Shown piece after piece: positions 1 through 7,340 of a stretch of DNA of 64,000 nt. The translations under genes were made by a program, and so were the position numbers. The notes under the pieces were generated by a model. The model had not been told where the DNA came from. It worked only from the letters and a program-made list of their open reading frames with translations, and ran no database searches. The stretch spans positions 13,783-77,782 of the forward strand of contig JBNKFW010000017.1 of NCBI GenBank assembly GCA_050289505.1, read 5' to 3'. The DNA is from Opitutaceae bacterium. Lineage in GTDB: Bacteria > Verrucomicrobiota > Verrucomicrobiia > Opitutales > Opitutaceae. Within the stretch, counting starts at the first letter, position 1. Each line of letters opens with the position of its first letter.

Positions 1-938
1 CGCTTTCGGAACCGCCTGAGGATTCCGAGATCTGCAAGGCGATCATGAACGGCACTTGCATGGACGTGCTGGAGATCGACGGCGCCTCCAACAATGGTGT
101 CGAGCAAGTTCGCGCCCTGCGCGAGGACGCGCAATACGCCCCGAGCCAAGGCAAGTACAAGGTATACATCATCGACGAGGTGCACATGCTCTCGACCGGC
201 GCTTTTAATGCCTTGCTCAAGATTCTCGAAGAACCGCCCGAGCACGTGAAGTTCGTCTTTGCGACGACTGAAGCGCACAAGGTTCTGCCGACAATCGTCT
301 CCCGTTGCCAACGTTTTGACCTGAAGCCGATTCCCGAGGACTTGATCCGCGAGCGTCTGGACTTGATTTGCAAGACCGAGGGAATCGAGGCGGACGAAGA
401 CGCTCTCAAAGCCGTTGCCCGTTTGGCGGATGGCGGGATGCGCGATTCGCAGTCGATCCTCGACCAGATGATCGCATTTTGCGGTTCCAAGATTACGGAG
501 CCCGACGTGCTGCAAGTTTATGGTCTGGTGAGCGGCGAGCATATCGACGAGTTGGCCAAGTCGATCGCGACCGGCGATCATCCGCGGCTTTTGGAATTGA
601 GCGATCAGTTCGATGCCTCGGGACAGGATTTCTATCGCGCCTTGGTTGATCTGCAGGCCCGTGTGCGGCAAGCGCTTCTAGAAGCGGTTCGCGGCGGCGG
701 CAAGACCAGCAGTCTCGGCGAGGAGTTGAGCACGGAGTCTTTGACGCGCTTGCTCGATGGGCTTCGCCAGAGCGAGTCCGGTTTGAAGTTCGGACTGAGC
801 GAAAAGGTTAATTTCGAGGTGGCGCTGCTAAAGGCTTCCGAGGAGTGCCGCGCTCGTGCCATCGACGGCTTGATTCGCGAGCTTTCGAGCATCGCCGAAG
901 GTTTGCCCGAGAGTTCCGACGAAAAAAAAAACGACTGA
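1..938 (+). CDS. dnaX: DNA polymerase III subunit gamma/tau, 5'-truncated by window edge; 0-frame product ends just after the A10 run
   Basis: Motifs [51 protein letters not shown] and GGMRDSQS. The frame is open from base 3, upstream of the ATG at 45. Confidence 0.97.
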   Translation, partial: LSEPPEDSEICKAIMNGTCMDVLEIDGASNNGVEQVRALREDAQYAPSQGKYKVYIIDEVHMLSTGAFNALLKILEEPPEHVKFVFATTEAHKVLPTIVSRCQRFDLKPIPEDLIRERLDLICKTEGIEADEDALKAVARLADGGMRDSQSILDQMIAFCGSKITEPDVLQVYGLVSGEHIDELAKSIATGDHPRLLELSDQFDASGQDFYRALVDLQARVRQALLEAVRGGGKTSSLGEELSTESLTRLLDGLRQSESGLKFGLSEKVNFEVALLKASEECRARAIDGLIRELSSIAEGLPESSDEKKND

Positions 939-1276
939 CGGTACCGGAGCGTAAGCCCTACGTCAGGTCCCAAATCGCTCCCGCTCCCGAGCGAGTGACG
1001 CCTATTGGGGCGCCGGAGGCGAGTCCCTTCGAAAGCAAGGAAACGGAAAGCGAAGAAGGCTACATCGATGCTCCGAGCGATTTCGACCTAGCGGAAGAAT
1101 TGGGCAGCGCCATGCCGGTATTGGATGAAGATATCATTCCCGACGACGGCACCGAATTGCCCACGCTTGAAATGGTCGAAAAGCGCATTCCCGAAAAGAC
1201 CCGCGTTTTAATGGAAGAACTCTTTCGGGCGAAGCTGAACAAGGTCCAGCGGGTGAACCCCAAGAAGATCAAGTAG
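929..1276 (+). CDS. Probable C-terminal extension of DnaX (tau-like tail) in the -1 frame, reached via the A10 run
   Basis: ORF 845-1276 is -1 relative to dnaX and overlaps the A-run at 922-931. It has no convincing independent start and encodes an acidic linker plus a helical basic C-terminus. Confidence 0.65.
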   Translation, partial: KRLTVPERKPYVRSQIAPAPERVTPIGAPEASPFESKETESEEGYIDAPSDFDLAEELGSAMPVLDEDIIPDDGTELPTLEMVEKRIPEKTRVLMEELFRAKLNKVQRVNPKKIK

Positions 1277-1279
1277 CTT

Positions 1280-1336
1280 GTAGCGCGGAGCTTCCGTCTT
1301 CGCTAAAGCTCCGCCATGACAGGAAAGCTCCGCACT
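1280..1336. repeat. GTAG-type REP-like palindrome with an inserted CTTCGCTAAAGCTCCGCC element in its loop
   Basis: GTAG at 1280. Arms GCGGAGCTT (1285-1293) and AAGCTCCGC (1325-1333). Lies between convergent genes. Confidence 0.6.
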
Positions 1337-1342
1337 AAGGTT

Positions 1343-1864
1343 TTATTTGGACGAGTCCTTGGGACGAGGAATCTTGGCGAGCCAGTCTTTCAGCAGAGTG
1401 AGGTCGTCGTCGGTGGAACTCATTTCGAGATAGTTCTCGTTTAAGCTGAAGGCGGTGAGCAGGTGAGCTTTCGCGGTATCCAGATCCTTGCTGTGGCAAG
1501 CGTAGCAGCCGAGGTTGTAGTGGATGATCGCTTCTTGAGGAAAGCGTTTGGAGGCGTTTTCCAGGATGATGCGGGCTCCTTCGATGCCGCTGGCGCGACG
1601 CGTGACGTAGGCGAGGTTTACGAGGTTTCCGGGATCGGAAGAGTCGGAGGATGCGAGAATATTGGCGAAGGGAAGGGCCTCCTTCCAGCGCTCGGCTTCC
1701 ATGAGGATTACGAGTTGCATCTGCATGAACTCGGTTTGCGACGCGTAGATTTCTCCGGTTGAGGCGAGTTCTGCGAGGGCTTCGTCGAACATGCCCAACT
1801 CTCGATAGCCATTGGCGTAGGTGAGGGCTTTTTTCAAAAGGATTTGTTCGCGGTCGCTCAGCAT
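1343..1864 (-). CDS. Tetratricopeptide-repeat protein
   Basis: TPR-like helices (GYRELGMFDEALAEL, AIIHYNLGCYACH, AKAHLLTAFSLN). Start moved to the ATG at 1864. Confidence 0.8.
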   Translation of the reverse strand: MLSDREQILLKKALTYANGYRELGMFDEALAELASTGEIYASQTEFMQMQLVILMEAERWKEALPFANILASSDSSDPGNLVNLAYVTRRASGIEGARIILENASKRFPQEAIIHYNLGCYACHSKDLDTAKAHLLTAFSLNENYLEMSSTDDDLTLLKDWLAKIPRPKDSSK

Positions 1865-2048
1865 GTTTGTTGCGGCGAAGCCTAGGATTTGCCCGCTCCT
1901 TTTGGCAATTGCGAATAACGCAGAAACGGGCCCAGCTGAAAGCTGGACCCGTCCGTGTGTGTTGTGTGTGGAAAATACCTCTTCGTTTTGAATACGGTCG
2001 CCGCAACCGAGCGATTGCCAAAACGAAGAGCGGAGCGCGTTTGCGGGA

Positions 2049-2525
2049 CTATTCCGAATCGGTGGAGCTGGCGGCGTTTCTTGGGAAACGGGCGCGGCTA
2101 CCGCGTTCATGCATACTTCTCATGGCTGCGAGCATTTCTTCGGTGTTGAGCTCGCCGTCACCATTTGTATCGAAATTTTGAATAAGGTTTGGGGCGATAT
2201 CTTCGGGCGGTGGAGGTCCGCGGCGCTCGCCTCTGCCAGGCTTCATGGGGCGGTCGGCTGGTGGTTCTCCGTCGGGTCCTGGGCGTCCCATTCTTGGTCG
2301 GTTTCCTTGGCGCTCCGCGCGGTGCTTTTCGCGGATGCCTTTGAGGGCGGCAACGAGTTCCGCCTGGTCTAGGGAATTATTTTCGTTGGCGTCATAGTCG
2401 GTGAACATATCGACGACTACGGTTTCTGGATCTGGTGGCGGTGGCATACCTTCAGGACGAGCGGAGAGATTGGCGGCCATCAATGTAGCGCTTGCGAGGC
2501 TTAGTGTTATGAGTGATTTCTTCAT
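2049..2525 (-). CDS. Secreted EF-hand domain protein
   Basis: Signal peptide MKKSLITLSLASATLMAANLSA. Two EF-hand loops (DANENNSLDQAE and DTNGDGELNTEE) separated by an R/G/P-rich linker. Confidence 0.85.
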   Translation of the reverse strand: MKKSLITLSLASATLMAANLSARPEGMPPPPDPETVVVDMFTDYDANENNSLDQAELVAALKGIREKHRAERQGNRPRMGRPGPDGEPPADRPMKPGRGERRGPPPPEDIAPNLIQNFDTNGDGELNTEEMLAAMRSMHERGSRARFPRNAASSTDSE

Positions 2526-2633
2526 TTCAGTTTTTGGTTATTTCCAGTGCTTGTTAATTCGTTGGCGGCGTGCGCCGCTCGAGTTGATGGATGCATTAAA
2601 GGGCTTCTGGATTACCGCTTTATGGCGGGGCTG

Positions 2634-2649
2634 ATTACAAAAATGTAAT
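2634..2649. promoter_or_regulatory. CopR/CusR-type response regulator box
   Basis: Perfect palindrome ATTACA-AAAA-TGTAAT in the divergent region between the EF-hand gene and the response regulator. Resembles the Pseudomonas cop box (TTACA-N4-TGTAA). Confidence 0.65.
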
Positions 2650-2695
2650 GAACAGGATCCTTGATAGAGTGAGGGATTTCCTGCAGCTTGCATCG

Positions 2696-3367
2696 ATGAA
2701 GATACTGCTCGTTGAAGACGAAAAGAAGATCTCGGACTTTGTGGTCAAAGGTCTGAAGGAGCAGGGTTATGTGGTAGAGCTGGCGGAAGACGGTGACGAT
2801 GGATTCGTTCACGCGAGCACTCAGAGCTACGATGTGGTGGTGCTGGATATCATGCTGCCGGGGCGGGATGGCCTGAGCATCCTGAAGTCGCTGAGAAAGG
2901 CGGGTAATAACGTACCTGTCATTTTGGTGACGGCTCGAGGAGAACTGGACGAGCGGCTCGAAGGCTTGAATCTCGGGGCCGACGACTACCTGACCAAACC
3001 GTTTTATCTCGATGAGTTGGTGGCCCGTATCCAAGCGCTTCACCGTCGCTCCAGCGGCCAGTCGCTCAGCTTGATGCAAGTGGAGGATTTGGTCGTCAAT
3101 CTGAGCACGCGGGAGATTTCAAGAGCGGGCGAGCCTGTGGAACTGACGACCCGCGAATTCAATTTGCTGGAGTATCTGATGCGTTCGCCGGGGCGCGTCT
3201 TAACGCGTACCCAGATTTTGGAGCAAGTGTGGGGATACGATTTCGATCCGAGCACGAATGTGGTGGATGTATGTATTCAACGACTACGAAAGAAGGTCGA
3301 TGCCGGGCAGGCAGTTCCTCTAATCGAAACGGTGCGCGGAGCGGGATACCGGATGCGAAAGGCATGA
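2696..3367 (+). CDS. OmpR/PhoB-family response regulator, CusR/CopR/CzcR-like
   Basis: MKILLVEDE, VVLDIMLPG, GADDYLTKPF, TNVVDVCIQRLRKK and ETVRGAGY. Confidence 0.95.
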   Translation: MKILLVEDEKKISDFVVKGLKEQGYVVELAEDGDDGFVHASTQSYDVVVLDIMLPGRDGLSILKSLRKAGNNVPVILVTARGELDERLEGLNLGADDYLTKPFYLDELVARIQALHRRSSGQSLSLMQVEDLVVNLSTREISRAGEPVELTTREFNLLEYLMRSPGRVLTRTQILEQVWGYDFDPSTNVVDVCIQRLRKKVDAGQAVPLIETVRGAGYRMRKA

Positions 3368-4899
3368 AGTCGTTTCGCATACGCATCATTTTTTGGACAA
3401 GCGTAATTGCCGGCGCTGTAATGCTCGGTTTTGGCATCGCTGGTAACTTGGCGTTCAAGCATATAAAGGAGAGGCAGGTCGACGATACGCTTCGCGCTAT
3501 GGTCGGCCGGGCGACCCCTCCTCCGAGCCATAATCGGTATTGGAATCGGTTCGGACCGATCATGCAGGCGGAGCTGGAAAATCGCTTCGGCGCGGATGTA
3601 GTGGTCGCAGTATACGGGCGAGAAGGGGCTGCAGAGCGAGATGGCTTGAATGCGCCAGCGCCAGAATTCCGAATCGAGTCATGGGGGGAGCTGGAGTCTT
3701 TGTACGCAAACGAGTCGGATTTGCCGGCGGCGATAGGGCTTTTCGATCCTTCCGATGAACGCGGAAGGGGGCCTCCTGTAGGGCCGGGCGGTTTCGACGG
3801 GAGAGATCGGGGCGGACGAGTGGATTTGCATCTGCCGTCTATCAAAAGGTTTTCCATGGTCAGCGCGGAAAAGGGTGACCATTGGCGGATCGCCCTCGCT
3901 GAAAACCAGGGGTTCAACGTTTTGGTAGGAGTGAACTTCGAGAAGGTTCGAGAGGACACCGCTCTGATGCGCAAGGCGTTTTTGATCGCCTTCCCGGTTG
4001 CCCTCTTAGCGATGGCGGCCTGTATTTGGATTTTCGTTACGAAAGCGATTTCGCCGGTGCGGAAACTGAGTCACACGATCGCATCGGTTTCCGCGAAGAG
4101 CTTAGGGGCTCGGGTGGACAGCTCGGGCGAATACAGCGAATTCGCGGCTTTGATCGACCATTTCAATGGCATGCTAGAGCGACTGGAGCGCAGCTTTACG
4201 CAAGCGACCCGCTTCAGCGCGGACGCGGCTCACGAACTGAAGACGCCGCTCGCGATCCTGCAGGGCCAGCTCGAAGTCGCGCTGCAACGGGCGGGCGACG
4301 GCAGCAGCGAGCAGGAGTTGTTGGGTGGATTGCTGGAGGAGACGCACCGTTTGAAGTCGATAACGCGCAAGCTCTTGATATTGGCTAAGGCCGATGCGGG
4401 AACGCTTGAGATCCAAAGAGAACGCGTCGACCTGAAACGACTCGTCGCGGAGACTCTCGAGCTCGCCCGGGAGGATGACCCGGGAGTCGATTTGCAGTTT
4501 ACGACCTTAGGAGAGAATTTCGATTCGCTCTGCGACGACACGCTCTGTCGCCAGATTCTCAATAATTTGGTGGGCAACGCTCTCAAGTATCGAATGCCAA
4601 GGCAATCGCCGGTGGCGGTTCGGCTGGTCTCTTCGGCTGAGCTGATTGCTCTTGAAGTTTCTAATCGTTGCGAATCGCTAGGGCCTGAGGTGCGTTCGCG
4701 GCTTTTCGATCGGTTTATTCGTGGCGACGCGGCCCGAAACCGTTCCGTCGACGGAACCGGCTTGGGGCTGAGTCTTTCGCTCGAGTTTGCCAAAGCGCAG
4801 GGTGGGCGGCTCTTAATTGTCGAAGGGACGCAAGTGGACGAGTTGTGCGTGCGGCTGGAATTGCCCATTTTTCGCAGCGAGGAATTAGCGCCGGATTGA
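3364..4899 (+). CDS. Sensor histidine kinase (2 TM, HAMP, HisKA, HATPase)
   Basis: H-box FSADAAHELKTPL, N-box NLVGNALKY, G-box GTGLGLSL. ATGA overlap with the regulator stop codon. Confidence 0.95.
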   Translation: MKSFRIRIIFWTSVIAGAVMLGFGIAGNLAFKHIKERQVDDTLRAMVGRATPPPSHNRYWNRFGPIMQAELENRFGADVVVAVYGREGAAERDGLNAPAPEFRIESWGELESLYANESDLPAAIGLFDPSDERGRGPPVGPGGFDGRDRGGRVDLHLPSIKRFSMVSAEKGDHWRIALAENQGFNVLVGVNFEKVREDTALMRKAFLIAFPVALLAMAACIWIFVTKAISPVRKLSHTIASVSAKSLGARVDSSGEYSEFAALIDHFNGMLERLERSFTQATRFSADAAHELKTPLAILQGQLEVALQRAGDGSSEQELLGGLLEETHRLKSITRKLLILAKADAGTLEIQRERVDLKRLVAETLELAREDDPGVDLQFTTLGENFDSLCDDTLCRQILNNLVGNALKYRMPRQSPVAVRLVSSAELIALEVSNRCESLGPEVRSRLFDRFIRGDAARNRSVDGTGLGLSLSLEFAKAQGGRLLIVEGTQVDELCVRLELPIFRSEELAPD

Positions 4900-4934
4900 C
4901 CTCGGAAAAGAGTTTCGTAAGCCTTACGGCGTTT

Positions 4935-5462
4935 ATGAAATCCAATCCGTTTGTTGCTCGCTGTTCCTTTTTCCTACGTTTTCTCGTGGGCGCCCTCTGT
5001 GCTTGTTGTTTGCTGGCGGTCGCTCCGAGTGCGGACGCGAAACCAAAGAAGAAATGGAAATCCGAGTATTCCTCGAAGTTCGGCGTGATGGCGCCGGGAC
5101 CGGGCGGGAAGTACAGGGTCTACGCCGAGACGACTTACATTTATCGAAACGTCGACAAGGAGTACGTTCACGGGTTCGAGGTAAGTCGCAAGGATCAGCA
5201 GCGCTTCATGGGCTATTTCGAGATTCGTTTTCCGGAACCGATCAAAGTCACCCCTGAGTTGGAAAAAGCTTACACCGTTTTGGAGGGCGGGAAGCTGATC
5301 CGGTCAACTTCGGAGATCCACTGGGAAGTCTACTCTAGCCCATTCTGGTTTTCGGAGGACGATCCGCTAGGCGAATACGAGCTGTCCATTTACATCGACG
5401 GAGAATTCTATCGCAGCATCAAATACGACGTAGTGCCATTTGAGAGCACTCTGACGTTCTAG
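4935..5462 (+). CDS. Hypothetical exported protein (possibly DUF3859-like beta-sandwich)
   Basis: N-terminal signal peptide, beta-rich body, and a C-terminal GEYELSIYIDG strand. Confidence 0.6.
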   Translation: MKSNPFVARCSFFLRFLVGALCACCLLAVAPSADAKPKKKWKSEYSSKFGVMAPGPGGKYRVYAETTYIYRNVDKEYVHGFEVSRKDQQRFMGYFEIRFPEPIKVTPELEKAYTVLEGGKLIRSTSEIHWEVYSSPFWFSEDDPLGEYELSIYIDGEFYRSIKYDVVPFESTLTF

Positions 5463-5496
5463 CGGTGCATCCAAGTCGAGGACTGCTGTTTTTGCG

Positions 5497-5528
5497 AAAT
5501 GTAAAGTTGTTCGAGCGGTTTTACATTT
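5497..5528. promoter_or_regulatory. Palindromic upstream activator-like site
   Basis: AAATGTAAA (5497-5505) and TTTACATTT (5520-5528), about 100 bp upstream of the sigma-54 motif. Confidence 0.45.
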
Positions 5529-5624
5529 TTTCGAGTTTCAAAAAGAATACGTAAAATCAACAATCCTCGTAAGTTGCACGATAACAGTAGGTTGTATCCT
5601 CTAGGTGTGCTTGTGGGAAAGTTG

Positions 5625-5640
5625 TGGCATGTCAGTTGCT
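5625..5640 (+). promoter_or_regulatory. Sigma-54 (-24/-12) promoter
   Basis: TGGCAT-GTCAG-TTGCT matches TGGCAC-N5-TTGCW with correct GG/GC spacing, about 30 bp before the ATG at 5672. Confidence 0.7.
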
Positions 5641-5671
5641 GAAAAATTGGAAATCAAATCCGATTTCCGAC

Positions 5672-6685
5672 ATGATATCATCGAGAACTCTTAAAATCGC
5701 CACAGCCGCCACGGCTTTGCTCTCCGCCCATTTCGCTTACTCGGTAAGCCTGAAAGACCTGACTCAGGGGTATGACGTGTTTGTTGAGGAGGACACCAAT
5801 CTTGGTGGAGTTCGTATCCACGGTTCGATCGCCACTGGTAACGACTTGAATCTTTACGGCAACAAGTCCTCTTTCGATGACGATAACAAATCGACAAGTA
5901 AGTATCAGGTCGTTGCTGGCAACGTTCTGGATCTTCAAACAAATGGACAGATAAATGGAGATAAAGGTCTTCTTCGAGTTGGGGATGCGTCAGGTCAGAC
6001 CGTTTCTGGAAATCGACTGAATCAAAGCGGCGGCTCTTTCTTAGAGATGAAAAGTGGACAGTCGATTAGTAGTATCACCTCTTCCAACGAAGTAGATTTT
6101 TCTACATTTTCCACAATTAAAGGCATTTCTGCCTCGTTAAGAGCTATGGCTCCAACTTTGGCTCTACCAATCGTGGGTAGCGACTTGATCCTGGATTTTA
6201 CGGCTAGCACCGGGCTCGAGATAATCAATATCTCACCTGCGGACTTCGATTCTTTTGGTCAAATCAAGGAGGCTGCTGGATCGGCTCTATCCTCAGGGGC
6301 GCGTTTTGTGTTCAACGTAGACTTAACTGGGTTTACGGAAGTGTTTGGGAAGACTCTTTCAAAGCCTTGGGGCATAAACCACAACATGGATACAATTTTA
6401 GCTTCTGAAGGGGTACTGTGGAACTTTTACGGAGCCGATACTCTCAAGCTAGACTCGAATTGGAGAGGATCTATACTCGCAGCCGATATTGACGTAGTAG
6501 ATGATAGCTCGGGCGACATATTTGGAGCGGTTATTGCCGAAAGCTTCAAAAAAGCAGGAGGGGAAGTTCATCCAGGATCATTCGACTACGATTTCAACTT
6601 TGACGTTCCCGATTCCGGTTCTACCGCATTTCTCTTCCTTCTCTCGATCCCTGCGTTTGTCGCTTTGCGTCGCCGCATGAAGTAA
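5672..6685 (+). CDS. Choice-of-anchor A family protein with VPDSG-CTERM (PEP-CTERM variant) sorting signal
   Basis: Signal peptide. VLWNFYGA, GSILA and GAVIAESF...GGEVH motifs. C-terminal VPDSGST, hydrophobic helix and RRRMK. Confidence 0.85.
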   Translation: MISSRTLKIATAATALLSAHFAYSVSLKDLTQGYDVFVEEDTNLGGVRIHGSIATGNDLNLYGNKSSFDDDNKSTSKYQVVAGNVLDLQTNGQINGDKGLLRVGDASGQTVSGNRLNQSGGSFLEMKSGQSISSITSSNEVDFSTFSTIKGISASLRAMAPTLALPIVGSDLILDFTASTGLEIINISPADFDSFGQIKEAAGSALSSGARFVFNVDLTGFTEVFGKTLSKPWGINHNMDTILASEGVLWNFYGADTLKLDSNWRGSILAADIDVVDDSSGDIFGAVIAESFKKAGGEVHPGSFDYDFNFDVPDSGSTAFLFLLSIPAFVALRRRMK

Positions 6686-6715
6686 GCGAGTTTTAGAGAA
6701 AACGAATTTTATTAA

Positions 6716-6746
6716 GGCGAACCTGCAGCTGCGGGTTCGCTTTTTT
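6716..6746 (+). terminator. Rho-independent terminator
   Basis: GCGAACC...GGTTCGC stem followed by T6. Confidence 0.8.
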
Positions 6747-6883
6747 CGTGTCTTGAAGGCGTGGCCCTCGCGTTGGTTTATGGTGTTTCGTTTGAGGGGG
6801 ATCGGCCGCTCCGCAGGCGGTTCAAAGCGCTTCTCGTTTGTTTTGATAGATGAAATCGCGTGACTCCAGCCGTCGCTCTTCGA

Positions 6884-6917
6884 GCTTCCTCCTTCGCCAA
6901 GGCTTCGGCGGACGCGA
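6884..6917. repeat. Short palindromic element GCTTCCTCCTTCGCCAAGGCTTCGGCGGACGCGA
   Basis: 33/34 identical to the copy at 19014-19047. Related to 1294-1320 and to the array at 7190-7303. Confidence 0.85.
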
Positions 6918-7056
6918 TGGTGGACTTGCGAAGCAGGTGTCTCGTCGGCGGACTCCTCACTACGCACCTTGGTTCGGCAGATGTCTGGGGGCGGTCGCCA
7001 TTCGGCGTGCGCATGATCTATGACGAGTGACGATGCTACTTTGGAAGATGGGTATG

Positions 7057-7090
7057 AAAAAGGACGAGCGTTTGGGGCTCGTCCTTTGTT
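7057..7090 (-). terminator. Rho-independent terminator (GH115 side, possibly bidirectional)
   Basis: AAAAAGGACGAGC-loop-GCTCGTCCTTTGTT. Confidence 0.75.
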
Positions 7091-7097
7091 GGGGAAG

Positions 7098-7156
7098 TGT
7101 CGGGTCAGCGCCCCGACCTACAGGTTTTGAGGGCCGGGTTGACGCCCCGGCCTACT
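7098..7156 (-). repeat. Doublet of GTAG-family REP-like sequences
   Basis: On the minus strand: GTAGGCCGGGGCGTCAACCCGGCCC and GTAGGTCGGGGCGCTGACCCGAC, each a GTAG followed by an imperfect palindrome. Confidence 0.7.
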
Positions 7157-7189
7157 GATGTTTGGAAGGGAGAGATCGCATGAATCCAG

Positions 7190-7322
7190 CTTTCGCCAAG
7201 CCTTTCTTCCTTCGCCAAGGCTTTCTCCTTCGCCAAGGTTTTCTCCTTCGCCAAGGCTTCGGCGAACAGGACGGCGAACAGGACGGCGGATAGGACGGCG
7301 GACTGGCGAAGCAGGCTCCCAC
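7190..7322. repeat. Composite tandem repeat: 4 x ~18 bp (TTCGCCAAGG unit) then 4 x 12 bp (GGCGRACAGGAC unit), ending in a GTGG-type REP end
   Basis: TTCGCCAAG at 7192, 7211, 7229 and 7247. GGCGRA at 7261, 7273, 7285 and 7297. Confidence 0.9.
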
Positions 7323-7340
7323 ATTATGAGAGGCGGGCGC

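Noticed and set aside
1865-2110. Extended N-terminus of the TPR protein
   Set aside because: It overlaps the EF-hand gene and intergenic hairpins. The TPR-like sequence begins at the ATG at 1864.
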